A stretch of 61,847 bases of DNA, counting the filler, from a bacterium (lineage in GTDB: Bacteria; CLD3; SB21): NCBI GenBank assembly GCA_013360215.1. It is 7 parts of 7 records of this genome, joined end to end, with 100 filler letters (N's around TTAATTAATTAA, not from the genome) between each part and the next. Parts side by side here need not be neighbours in the genome. Positions count along the whole stretch, not along the records: positions 30,701 to 37,657 come from JABWCP010000051.1; positions 37,758 to 44,088 come from JABWCP010000052.1; 5 more parts are not named here. The stretch is one strand, 5' to 3'. Positions 30,701 through 41,998 of this stretch are shown here, one piece after another. Both the position numbers and the translations under genes were made by a program. The notes under the pieces were generated by a model. That model was not told where the DNA came from and ran no database searches. It saw nothing but the letters and a program-made list of their open reading frames with translations. Numbering within the stretch: position 1 is the first letter of the stretch; the number at the start of each line of letters is the position of its first letter.

Positions 30701-33700
30701 TCGTATCGTATCCGCTCCGCTATGGGACTCCGCATACGTCACCGCATCACGCAGTGAACCGGCACCGGCATCGTTGGTATTGATGACTAATAGCGGATCG
30801 ATAAACGGCGCAGAAAATCCCGACGTCTGTTCATTATATTCCTGAATCGCTGTATAGCGTGTACCTCCGACAGGTGTTACGTTGGCGGTCCAGTTACCGG
30901 AGCCATCCGCACGAACCGTATCTAAGAAATATTCACCTTGATCGGCAGAATCGGCGTAAACGTACACTAGCGCATTACTGTTTGCCGTACCGGCAACTAT
31001 TCCTCCATACGTCCCCAATGTAATCGTAGGAGGATTTATACCCTGCTGCGCACCACCGCTGATATCAATACCGCCGCCGACGTTTTTATAAATAAAATTG
31101 TCGACAAGCAAATTACTGTCAGTTTGTGCACCTTGAATAGTAATACCAAAGTTTCCGTTGTATGCAATGTGATTTGAATCAATTAGATTATTAGATGGAT
31201 AAGAAAATCCATTATCGATAAGTACGATACCGTTCTGCGAATTGCCGATTGGGCCATATTGCATACCGATATTGTTACTAAAGATAGTATTGCCAAATGA
31301 CAACTCTTCAATACGAATGCCATCGCCTGTATTTCCGGTTATCGAATTTCCTTCGACCCAAGCATTGGAATGATTAAAAAGTACAACACCGGCAGTGCCA
31401 TTAGCGCGTTGAATCGTGCCTGTAACGTCAAGACCAATACTGTTTGCTTGAATTTTCACTTTACGACCATATACAACCTGAATTCCAGTAAATGAATTTC
31501 CTGAAATATAATTACTCGTTATTTCAGTGCTATCTGATACGGTATAGATACCATATCCTGTATTTCCGATAGCGTTGTCACCATTGACATCAAGACCAAC
31601 GAAATTGCCTGCGATACGTGTTCGACTAAAATTATAAATACCATGACCTGAATTACCGGAAATAACATTGCGCCCTCCGACAGAACCGTCACCGATTTCA
31701 TTATCCACTCCATCCTGAATGGAAATACCGGCGTTAGAATTCGGAACAGCTGTCGTACCTGCGAGATCAAGCCCGATCAAATTGCTGCGTACTAAGTTAC
31801 TATCCGTGCCAACATCTTCTATGGATATACCGAAATTGCTATTGCCGGAAATAATGTTTCTACCTGAGACCGTTGCGTTCCCGATATTAGCGTGCGTTGT
31901 TCCGTTGTTTAACCGGACACCAAAGCTGTTGCCTACGGCTGCGTTTCCAGACGCGTTGACACCAATATAGTTTTGCAATACTAGTGTGGAATCGGCGTCG
32001 CTCAACACGATACCACCGTCAGGATTACCCGATATGATATTGGCCTCAGCCGGAGCCGACAAACCAATTTGATTTTTTATACTTCCGCTTATGTAAACAC
32101 CGCTTCCAATACCCAGTGCCGTGGTACCGTCTGCACCGACACCGATATAGTTACCGGCAATGAGATTAAAATTGGAATTATTTGTAATAAGTACATGCGA
32201 AGCCATATCAGCGCCGCTACCACCGGCACCCATCACATTGCGCCCACCTGCGGTACCGTCTCCGATGATATTGTGATTGGATTGATTATCCAGCGTAATA
32301 CTTGAACCCCCACCGCCGCCGGATTGGTTGGCCAAAGCCATATTACCATAGACATCCACACCAAGGTAATTGCCTAAGATTGCATTATATGTTGCACTAT
32401 CGAGATAAATCCCTGCGCCGTTAAGATTAGCTTGCGAATTATCGACAATCACATTTCCGGAGCCAACCGCTGTACCGCCGATCGTATTGGCGTGAGCACG
32501 TAATAAGTGAATTCCGTATCCTTGATTGCCGAGTGCCCCGGTTCCGAGAGAATCCAAGCCGATAAAGTTGCCGGTCACGATGTTACTATCTGATTCGACA
32601 CGAATACCATTCCGACCGTTGCCGGAAATAACGTTATATGATCCGCCGACACCGCCGATACGATTGTATCGTGCTTGATTGCGTATCATAACACCGTCCG
32701 AACTGTTGCCTGATTCCGTAATACCGTCGGCCGTACCGATGAAATTACCATAAACGATATTCGAGTCCGTCCCGAGCCCCTCAATCAGAATACCGAATCC
32801 TGTAAACGCGTCCGTATTGTTATAAATATAATTTCGACCTGCGATGGTGCCATCACCGATACGGTTATGGTGCGCGCCATTGAAAATATTAACACCATCA
32901 TTATTATTATATATTCGGCAACCGACGATAAGGTTGTATGCGCCTCCGTTAATATCAATACCGCTCGCCATCGAACCAAAACCGGTAATATTCAAATTAC
33001 GAATTTCGTTGTAATTCGAATTAATCGTCAAACCGATAGGTACATTAAACGGGGCACCGTTTAATGTGATATCCGGTAAACCATTCATATCAATATCACC
33101 GTCAATCACTGTCGAATCATCTGTGATATCGGGCAGCATTGTAGCAGGAAAAATAGTTTGCCCCACCATCGGTACATCAAAACGAATGGTATCAGGCCCG
33201 GCATGCGAATTGGCATAGTTGATTGCAAAACGCAAACTTCCCGTGCCGGAATTATTGTTATTGGCAACGAGTGTCGGATCCGTTAAGCCAAACGGCCATG
33301 TATTAACGGCAAAACCGGACGTGTTACCGGCACTATCTTGTGTAGCCGTTATGTTATAGCCAAAATAATTACGTAAGGCCAGGCGAACATCACCAAGATA
33401 ACCGCCCGATGCATCGGCAAATCCTGTAATCAAAGGGATTTCACCCTGAGATCCGGCATCCGCAAAAACTTGAATGTATGCACCCGGGGCCGCCTGTATT
33501 GCAATCGTCGAATCTTCAAACATGGCCTCAATACGCGGCGGTGCAACGCCACCCTGCGATCCAGAAACGTAATTGATACCACCCAAAGTATTGGCAAATA
33601 AGACATTCTGATCCAATTGATTACTATCCGCATCACTGGCTCCGTCCGCTTCGACGCCATAAAAACCGTTGTGTGCGATGATATTTGCGTTAAAATAATT

Positions 33701-36700
33701 ACCGGTGGTATTAAAAGAAGGGATCGAATAAAGGCTGATACCATTTTGTCCGTTACCTCGGATCAGGGATCCGTCAGCTCCGACTCCGATGTAATTATTG
33801 CGAATCAAATTATTTTCTGCCTTGGCAGCCGTAGCAATGATACGTATACCATGGCCCGCGTTCGAAGAAATAATATTACGACCGGAGGCCGCTCCGTTTC
33901 CTATGAAATTAGCGCTGGACTGCTGGAGTATTATCCCGGTACCTCCGTTGGCAAACGTAGCCACTCCTGCCGTTCCGAGACCAATAACATTCTTATATAT
34001 TTCATTGGAATCCGAAGATGAAAAAATCAAACCGTCGTTGGTATTTCCCGAAATGGTATTACCCAGCGATTCGCCTATTTTATTATACTTCGAAGAAGAC
34101 ATAAAAATACCGGCGCTGTTGGGACGCACAAGATTTCCAGCCGCATTCAAACCGATAATATTGTTATCTACAATACGGTACATACCACCGGTAATATACA
34201 TGCCCTCGCTGTTGTTTGAAGCCACCACGTTATCTCGTACGATGGTATATTCGTCGTTCGTCAACGATACACCATAGCTTTGATTACCAAGCGCTGTGTT
34301 CCCATTGGCGCCGAGGCCGATATAGTTTCCGGTAATGCGAACACTGTCGCCACCGCTAACTCCGACACCGAACGTGGTATTATCGGAAATCACATTACGC
34401 CCGCCAATCGTGCCATCGCCTATCCATATATTATTGGATGTGGACACGGAAACGCCCGCGTTGTTTCCCAACGACGCATTGCCGGTCACATCAGTTCCTA
34501 TATAATTACCTAAAACCCATATTGAATCCGTGTTGGTTATCTGAATACCAAAACTCAGATTACCGGAAATCAGGTTTCCACCAGGCACTGTACCGTCGCC
34601 GATGTGATGGAATCTTGAGTTTGGCCCAATAGAAATACCATTACTACCTCCGAGTCCGTTGAGTCCATCTTTGTCGGTACCTATCTTGTTCCCGATAATG
34701 GTAAACCCATTGATAGGAAAGGAAAATGCACTATTAAGTTGGATAGCGTTGGTATTACCGTTAATCACATTATTCTTGATCGTCCAGCCTTGTTGAGTAA
34801 TACGATAAGTAACATAAATGCCGTTGCCTGGACGCAATGCGACAGTGCCCGAAGCATTCGTACCGATCAGATTATCTAAAATCATCGTCGTATCCACCGT
34901 AGCATCGGAACCACCGTAAATACCCGTTCCACCGCCCGCGATAACATTACGGAACACTTTGTTATCTTCCGCCGTCAACGTGATCCCTTGCGCATTCGCA
35001 CTGATAAGCCCGAAATGGTTATACTGAATCGTTGTGAACGGCGCATCACTTATGATTCCATTGGAAGTAAATCCGTCTATATGAAATCCCTGTATGGTGA
35101 CACGAAGCGCCGTCGCGGACAAATTAAAACCATTAGAAGTACTTCCCTGCCCGTCTAAAAATATATTGGGCAAACTATCATTATTAATATCGGCATTGAT
35201 AAACGTAGAGTCGTCTGTCAACATTGGAAGAGCCGATGCAAGTGAGATGGTAGCTCCATCAATATTAGTTGCAAAACGAATCGTATCGGCACCCGGATTA
35301 GCATTGGCAAAATTGATAGCCGATCGTAACGTACCAACGCCATTGTCAAGAATCGACGTAACAAGCAGCGGCATGGCACCCGACGCGGTAAACGTCGGAC
35401 CGTTAATCAACGTACCGTCATTATCACCGGCCGTAACATCGTATGTCGTCGTACCACTGGATTCATCAAAGTGCCAAAGCCCGGCAAGGCCTGCTTCATC
35501 ACCACGAAGAGGTTTGTGCATATCCGCCACAATTTCCGATTGTGTGCGTGCCACATTCCACACTCGCACTTCGTCAATTTCTCCATTCCAAGCACGACCG
35601 GGAAAACTATAATTATTTCCGATCCAAATCGGCGCATCCGATAAATCAATCGGACCCGAAGCGCCTGAAATACCATCCAATTCACCATCCACATAAAGAC
35701 GCAGTTCGGAATTTCCTATATCGTACACCCCTGCTACGTGATGCCATAACCCATCGGCAACATCTTTGGAGCCACTGACGTTACCGGGGCCTGACGCAGC
35801 AAAATACAATGCGTTTGTCGCGTTATTACGCGTCAAGCGATACGTATTATCACCTTTGGTGACAATCGCTTGCCACACTTGATCAAAGCTATTGACACGA
35901 ATCCAAGCTTCCAGCGTTACTGAATTTGTAAAATCAAAAGCCGCTTCGTTGGCGATTTCCACATACGAGCTACCATTGAAAACAAGCGAATTTCCGGCAC
36001 CGGCCGCTGGAATTGCAACATCTTGGTTGGAGTAAGCACCTTGTGCCGTTCCGGCATTTACGGCGGCTACGCGGTAATACTGAAATGTTCCGTTAGCAAC
36101 GGTTATCGTTTTCGAGGTATCAGAGATACCTCCTGTAGTCGAATCAATTTGGGCTGTCGGATTGGGCGCGGGGCCTGCAAAAATACGATATTTGATAATA
36201 TCATCTTCCGCACCCTTTCTCCATTTCAGAACAATGCTGTTATTTTGTCCCATCGCAAAGAAACCGGATGGTGCAGTCGGAGGATGATTTCGAAGATCCA
36301 AAGCTATTCCGCGACCTTCGTTGGGCAATGTCAAGAGTAGCTCATCTCCGCTTCCGTCCAAATTAATTCGGCGGATTTGTTTAGTTGAAAGGCCTGTAGC
36401 GTAGTACAACTTATCGGCAATGGTATCAATAGCTAAAACATTTTGATCAAATCCGGAATTAGTTGAAATTACCGTAGGGGATCCACCACTCATGGGCGCG
36501 TTTTTGATTTGATCGAAATTTTGATTTCCCCAATAAATTTTCTGTGTTCTAGCATCTAAAACAAGCCCCCAAACAAATGTTTCAGTATACAAATTTTGTT
36601 GCGAAGTACCGTCTAAATTAGCCCGACGAATATTCGTATTGTCGGAATAGTATATTTTGCCACCTGCAACATCCACAGCCAAACCTGTCGGAGAAGATAA

Positions 36701-37216
36701 ACCGCTGACAAGTGTTTCCATCCCGGTTCCGTCAAAATTACCTCTATGGACAGTACCGCCAAACCAAGACGTCCAGTAGATTTTCTGAGCCGCAATATCT
36801 AACCCTAAACCACGCGCCCCACTTGATGAAAACAACAATTCATCGCCACTCCCATCGAGATTCGCCCGGCGAACTTGTCCGCCGCCGTACAGTGTGTAGT
36901 ACATTTTACCACCGGCAATATCCAGTGCTATACTCCAAGGCTGTACAAGGCCGGAATGTACCGTTTGACCACTACTTCCATCAAGTTTAGCTTTGATTAC
37001 CGGCGAAGGATTCGTGTTCTGGGCGTAATACATTCTTGGGCCACTAATCGTCTGCGAATATGACTTCGGAACTGTCACTAACCCAAGAAGCCAAAAGCAG
37101 AGGATCCAAGAAACTGCAAATGTAGCAATTTGTTGGGTTACCTTATTCACAAAAATGAATGTTTTTTCGTTGGATAAAAAAGTAAAATTACCTGAGGCTT
37201 GTAAAACTCTTCCCAT
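30701..37216 (-). CDS. Giant secreted surface protein/adhesin, 5' part (YWTD propeller, FN3, LamG, repeated beta-helix modules); 3' truncated
   Basis: More than 2170 codons open to the contig end. Signal peptide; LDIAGGKMYYT/LDIAAQKIYWT/RRANLDGS repeats; FN3 (YYRVAAVN); LamG (TLEAWI...WHHVAGVYD...LYVDG...GEIDEVRVW); GSLRxAI caps; many GNxIG repeats. Confidence 0.88.
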
Positions 37217-37508
37217 GAGTTTCTCCGAATTAGTGAATTTATTTTTAATTATTTTTAATCAGTATTTTTGCGTACATCGCCCGATCAGATCAAACATGTA
37301 TAAAAATTAAACGCTATATTAATAAATAGTTGGGTAGCCTTACATGCATGTTCATGTAGTAAGTTATCAGTATGCACAATTAAAACACTTCATCGCTGTG
37401 ACGAGCATCACAAAAAATAGATTTTTTAACTAATCGTCAGTTTTTTGACACATAATACCATAAACGCGGTATGCTGTCAATCATTTTTATGTAATGTCCC
37501 CAAACGCG

Positions 37509-37535
37509 ACAACCCCGTCTCATCAACGGGGTTGT
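37509..37535 (-). terminator. Hairpin after the partial lipoprotein gene, probable terminator
   Basis: ACAACCCCGT, 7-nt loop, ACGGGGTTGT; about 30 bp after the stop at 37565; weak U tract. Confidence 0.5.
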
Positions 37536-37564
37536 GTGTAGTGGAAAGGTTTTGTGTGAAGCGA

Positions 37565-37657
37565 TCAGTAGAGTTTAGCCAAGGCCTCCAGCTTATTGAG
37601 CAAGAGGGTCGCTATACCGGGCTGATTGGACGCCGCCGTAAAGGATGGATCCAAAGC
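37565..37657 (-). CDS. 3' end of a TPR-like lipoprotein paralog, 5' truncated by contig end
   Basis: Manual translation ALDPSFTAASNQPGIATLLLNKLEALAKLY-stop aligns with KLDPVWVTSTNPTTVLNKLESLYDQMD-stop of 13932-14489. Confidence 0.65.
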   Translation of the reverse strand, partial: ALDPSFTAASNQPGIATLLLNKLEALAKLY

Positions 37658-37757
37658 NNNNNNNNNNNNNNNNNNNNNNNNNNNNNNNNNNNNNNNNNNN
37701 NTTAATTAATTAANNNNNNNNNNNNNNNNNNNNNNNNNNNNNNNNNNNNNNNNNNNN
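37658..37757. other. Artificial contig linker
   Basis: N44-TTAATTAATTAA-N44. Confidence 0.98.
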
Positions 37758-38100
37758 GATTGTTTTGCTCAGTGGTTCATTGCGGTGTTTAGCTGAGCCG
37801 ATGCAACGTTTTACGCAAGCCGAAGATTTGATTTGTTCGGAAACGGAAATCGTAAACAACCGATATACCGGCGAAATGAGTTCACTGCATCCGTACGGCG
37901 AAAACAAAAAGACATTAGCGATACGTTATTGTACAGATCATCAAATAGCTGAGAGAAACTGCCGGGCCTACGCCAATGAGTGGGCGGATCGTTTTCTTAT
38001 GGAGGCTGTCGGAGAAGCGGTGGCCGTGGATCCGGATGAAAATTTAGAGCGACTTGCACGAATAAAAAAATGGAAACAAATTAACATATATCATGGCTAA
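37758..38100 (+). CDS. HAD-IB (SerB-like) phosphatase, 5' truncated
   Basis: IVLLSGS (motif II), YTGE...PYGENK (motif III Lys), AYANEWAD (motif IV), VGEAVAVDPD. Confidence 0.8.
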
Positions 38101-39529
38101 ATCTTTTTTTCTAAAACAGGCAGCTTGGTTTAAAGATTCTTTACAGGAGTTCACTGTCCCGGATGAGTTTGAAATTGACATGATAGCTCCAGTTGATGCC
38201 CCGGCATTGTCGCGGGACATGATAAAAGAGTCTATTTATCATCCCTTTGGTCCTTCGCTAAAAAATTTAACCCAAGGTAAGACCAAAATTGTTTTCGTGG
38301 TTGATGATCTCGGTCGCCCGACTCCAGCGCATGATATTATTCCTTATGTTTTAGAAATTTTAAGTACCTCCGGCGTGCTTTCGCAAGATATCTCATTTAT
38401 AGTAGCAACGGGATCTCATCGACAACTTTCCCGCGAGGATATGGCGCGCAAAGTCGGTGCAACTATCGTTGACTCGTACCGTGTCACATGCCACGATGCA
38501 TTCAAGTCACCATTAAAAGATCTCGGATATTCGAGAAATGGCTTTCCGTGTATTGCTAATAAAGAGGTTGCTGAGGCTGATCTTATTATAGGTATCGGTT
38601 GTGTTATTCCTCATTCGTGTCACGGATTTGGCGGAGGTGCGAAGCTTTTTTGTCCGGGTATTGCAGGTATGGAATCCATTGTCACCATGCACGGGTTTAC
38701 GCCCAAACGGGGGCGAGGGAATATTGATAATCCAAAGAATGATTGGGATATGCGCTCGGCGTCGGAGGCATTTGTGGCAAAACTACCCCCGATTTTTCTC
38801 ATTAATGTTGTCATGAATTCACAACGCGAAATAAGCGCTATTTTTTCAGGATCTATCCAGAACGTTTTTGAAGCCGCGCGAATAAAAGCGTCTGAAGTTT
38901 ATAGAACAGAAATTTTGGAAGATCAAAAAACAAAATATGATGTGATTTTGATTAATGCTTACCCACTGGACTCAGATCCGGTGCAGTCTGCTAAAAGTCC
39001 TTGGGTGAAAAACATGTTTCCAGATACAATTCAAATTCATATCAACTCGTCTGCGGATGGTGTTGATTATCATGGTTGGAAAGTATTCAGGCGAAGTAAT
39101 TGGTTCACCTTGGTTGTAGCGTCTATCGCTGAGGGCCTAACATTTCCAATAGTTCCCAAATTTTTTAATAATATTTCATCTTGGCCGATCATTCGTTTCC
39201 TCCGAGAACATTTGGTCCGACTGCTTGTACGAATATCACATGCGGATTTTGACACTTATTTATCGTGTCGAGTTGCGATTGAAAAGAGTAAGTCAAGAGA
39301 AGCATCGTCAGTATCAGGCCCGGATAGAAACCGTACCCCTTGGGTTTATTCAGAGTATTTTACGGATGCCGAATTCAAAAAAAAATACAGTAAAGGTACT
39401 CTATTTAAAGATTGGAAATCTGTAGTTGAAGGCATAAAAAAGTACTATCCCAAAGCCAAAATAGCTGTAGTCACTTGCGCACCGGTTCAAATTCCTGTGG
39501 TGAAAGGATCTCATGATAGCACTCATTGA
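38093..39529 (+). CDS. LarA-family (nickel-pincer-dependent racemase/epimerase) protein
   Basis: VVDDLGRPTP, ATGSHR, HDA, LG...G.P...NKEVAEADL, PH...GFGGGAKLFCPGIAG...H motifs of the lactate racemase N-terminal domain. Confidence 0.85.
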   Translation: MAKSFFLKQAAWFKDSLQEFTVPDEFEIDMIAPVDAPALSRDMIKESIYHPFGPSLKNLTQGKTKIVFVVDDLGRPTPAHDIIPYVLEILSTSGVLSQDISFIVATGSHRQLSREDMARKVGATIVDSYRVTCHDAFKSPLKDLGYSRNGFPCIANKEVAEADLIIGIGCVIPHSCHGFGGGAKLFCPGIAGMESIVTMHGFTPKRGRGNIDNPKNDWDMRSASEAFVAKLPPIFLINVVMNSQREISAIFSGSIQNVFEAARIKASEVYRTEILEDQKTKYDVILINAYPLDSDPVQSAKSPWVKNMFPDTIQIHINSSADGVDYHGWKVFRRSNWFTLVVASIAEGLTFPIVPKFFNNISSWPIIRFLREHLVRLLVRISHADFDTYLSCRVAIEKSKSREASSVSGPDRNRTPWVYSEYFTDAEFKKKYSKGTLFKDWKSVVEGIKKYYPKAKIAVVTCAPVQIPVVKGSHDSTH

Positions 39530-40703
39530 TGCACGTAATACTGATAGTTTCAGCAAACTTTTTGATATCACCTTGATTGAACGCATTCTTCGTCAGGTGT
39601 GGGTGGTCGGAGTTCGTGAAGCGTATCTGTACGCGCCTAAACAATCAGTAAATCTTAAAGGGGAATTTATAAAAAAATTTCCTATGAAATTTGGCGCGAT
39701 TCGTGCATTAGATGAATTACCAAAAGATCAAAACGATGTTATGATTTTTGACGGTTCGGCTATTTATGATGATAGGATTATAGATGCTTTAACAAAATCT
39801 GAAAACGATGTTTCGATTATTGATGGACTTAATCCTGATACGCCCATAGCCGTTCGATACACTAATAATCAAACGTGGTCAAGTGTAACTATTAACGATA
39901 AAAAATTCACAGAAGTATTCAAAAGTTCGACCATAAAAGATATACAAACAATGGATACGTATGTCAAATTTTTACGTAAATCATACATCCCTACGTTACG
40001 TTTTGTAAAAGCAGAAGATAACCTGCGAACCATTGAGAATGATCTTTTCGAAAAAACATTTAAATCAGGTTTGGAGTGGATTGCAATATACGGGTATAAG
40101 ATCCCGGTTCGCGAAATGACGAGATTATGTGCGAAAACATCCGTTACGCCGAATCAGATTACAGCCGTAGCCATATTCTGCCGATGGGCGTCTATACCTT
40201 TGTTATTTGGAGGTTGGCTTGCGCTCGGACTAAGTTTGATTGTATTATTTGTTGTTTTAGATTCTTTGGATGGCAAACTTGCCCGAATGACGTTTCGATT
40301 TAGTGAACATGCTGACTGGATTGATCATGGCTCCGTACTACCCACACGTCTTGGCTGGTATGCGGGGTTGGGATGGCACTACAGTTCTGGTGTATGGTCG
40401 TCACAAGCGGGTATGCTAACTATCATAACATTAGTTTGTATAGTTTTGGATGATCTCAATTGGGCTGTTGCCAAACGAATTTTTAAACGTACTCTTTTTG
40501 ATATTACTGATTTTGATGCAAAAGCGCATTTGTTTACTCATCGCCGCAACGATATGTTTTTGATGCTTAGCGGTTATCTTATGGGGTTAGGGTTGTATTC
40601 GTTTTATTTAATTTGCGGGTGGGTCGTGGTCACGTGGATCTGGCATTGCACGCGAATTGTCTATTTATCGAACGATAGTAGCTTGTCAAAAGAAAGAAAT
40701 TAA
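39513..40703 (+). CDS. Nucleotidyltransferase-like / CDP-alcohol phosphotransferase fusion 1
   Basis: N-terminal LFDITLIERILRQ...GVRE; C-terminal membrane domain with VTPNQIT and LDSLDGKLAR (DxxDGxxAR). Confidence 0.82.
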   Translation: MIALIDARNTDSFSKLFDITLIERILRQVWVVGVREAYLYAPKQSVNLKGEFIKKFPMKFGAIRALDELPKDQNDVMIFDGSAIYDDRIIDALTKSENDVSIIDGLNPDTPIAVRYTNNQTWSSVTINDKKFTEVFKSSTIKDIQTMDTYVKFLRKSYIPTLRFVKAEDNLRTIENDLFEKTFKSGLEWIAIYGYKIPVREMTRLCAKTSVTPNQITAVAIFCRWASIPLLFGGWLALGLSLIVLFVVLDSLDGKLARMTFRFSEHADWIDHGSVLPTRLGWYAGLGWHYSSGVWSSQAGMLTIITLVCIVLDDLNWAVAKRIFKRTLFDITDFDAKAHLFTHRRNDMFLMLSGYLMGLGLYSFYLICGWVVVTWIWHCTRIVYLSNDSSLSKERN

Positions 40704-40720
40704 TAAATCGAGATCTAAAA

Positions 40721-41935
40721 TTGTTGAAATTAACAGCCCATATATTACTTACGAATGATTTTGAGCAATATGCTCACCGAGAGGTTTATGGAGTAACATT
40801 CGTTGAAAGGCTTATTCGGCAGTGTAAAGAATTAAAAGTGCATTCCATTAATGTATGGAGTGAAAAAATTATGTTTGTTCACTCGGATGTATACTGTCGC
40901 CCGTTCAATGAATGGAATCAATATATGTCTCAACTGCGAGTTCGTGAAGAAGAGCGAATTATTATTATTGATTCTAATATCATCGCGGATGATCATTTGA
41001 TCAAATATCTGGTCTATCACACGGGTTCGTTGGCAATTACAAATCAGTACCACATAGTTGGAGTAAATACTTCCAGATTGGCTAAAAATAACACCGATGT
41101 TTTTTCCTTTGAAACCGCCAAGAAGTATGTGGCTAATTTTGATCCAAAAGTGATAGAGCCGAATGAAATGAATAAGTACGTTCATGAGTTACGTTTGCAA
41201 TTCGTGCCTTACTTTTTCGTTTATACGCATGCTTTGGACATTCGTCAAATGCAAAACATCATGTATGAAGCTAACTTTAAGGGTACACTTGATTTTATTG
41301 CTACCTACGTGTATAAATATCCGGTTCGAGAGATTACGAAATTTTTAAGCCGCCATTCTTGGGTGACCCCGGATTTTCTTACTATGCTGAGTATCGTCAG
41401 TTCGTTTGTTGTTCCGTTGCTATTAGCTTTCGGTGAAATGGGATGGGCCGTTTTGGTGGGTTGGCTCATGTTCATTTTTGATTCCGTGGACGGGAAATTG
41501 GCGCGACTGACCGTTCGGCTTAACCCGACGATGGGCGTGATCGAACACGCTACGAGTGCCCCAGCTATTTTTTTGTGGTTTGCCGGTCTGGGCTGGTATT
41601 TTTCAAATGGGCAACTTTTAGAGTTTACCCATCCGGCTTCGGCTACGGCGTGGTCGCTGATGGCGCTGTATTGGTTAGATAAAGGGGTCAATGGAATATT
41701 CAAACCGCGCTTCGGTATTGATTTGTATAACTATGCTCCGATAGATCGTTTCTTTCACCTTTTCGCCTGTCGCCGCGCGATTATACATCTTATCATTACC
41801 GTGGGGTGGGCGACCAGCTATCGCGATGAAGCGTTTTACTTTTTAGGTATTTGGATGGTCATCAGTTTTATGTTTCATTTGTTTCGTTGCGGATGGATTT
41901 TAGCTACGGACGAACCTCAAACTGTGGCCGAATAA
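40721..41935 (+). CDS. Nucleotidyltransferase-like / CDP-alcohol phosphotransferase fusion 2
   Basis: VYGVTFVERLIRQ; VTPDFLT; FDSVDGKLAR. Paralog of fusion 1 (FKGTLDFIATYVYKYPVREIT vs FKSGLEWIAIYGYKIPVREMT). TTG start. Confidence 0.82.
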   Translation: MLKLTAHILLTNDFEQYAHREVYGVTFVERLIRQCKELKVHSINVWSEKIMFVHSDVYCRPFNEWNQYMSQLRVREEERIIIIDSNIIADDHLIKYLVYHTGSLAITNQYHIVGVNTSRLAKNNTDVFSFETAKKYVANFDPKVIEPNEMNKYVHELRLQFVPYFFVYTHALDIRQMQNIMYEANFKGTLDFIATYVYKYPVREITKFLSRHSWVTPDFLTMLSIVSSFVVPLLLAFGEMGWAVLVGWLMFIFDSVDGKLARLTVRLNPTMGVIEHATSAPAIFLWFAGLGWYFSNGQLLEFTHPASATAWSLMALYWLDKGVNGIFKPRFGIDLYNYAPIDRFFHLFACRRAIIHLIITVGWATSYRDEAFYFLGIWMVISFMFHLFRCGWILATDEPQTVAE

Positions 41936-41998
41936 ATACACTGTGTGATTATTGCTACAAAAAAGAAATTAATACCAATAGTTTAAACCTATTCAGTG

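Noticed and set aside
37445-37657. Plus-strand 86-aa ORF running into the gap
   Set aside because: Crosses a hairpin, and the opposite strand encodes a recognisable lipoprotein C-terminus.
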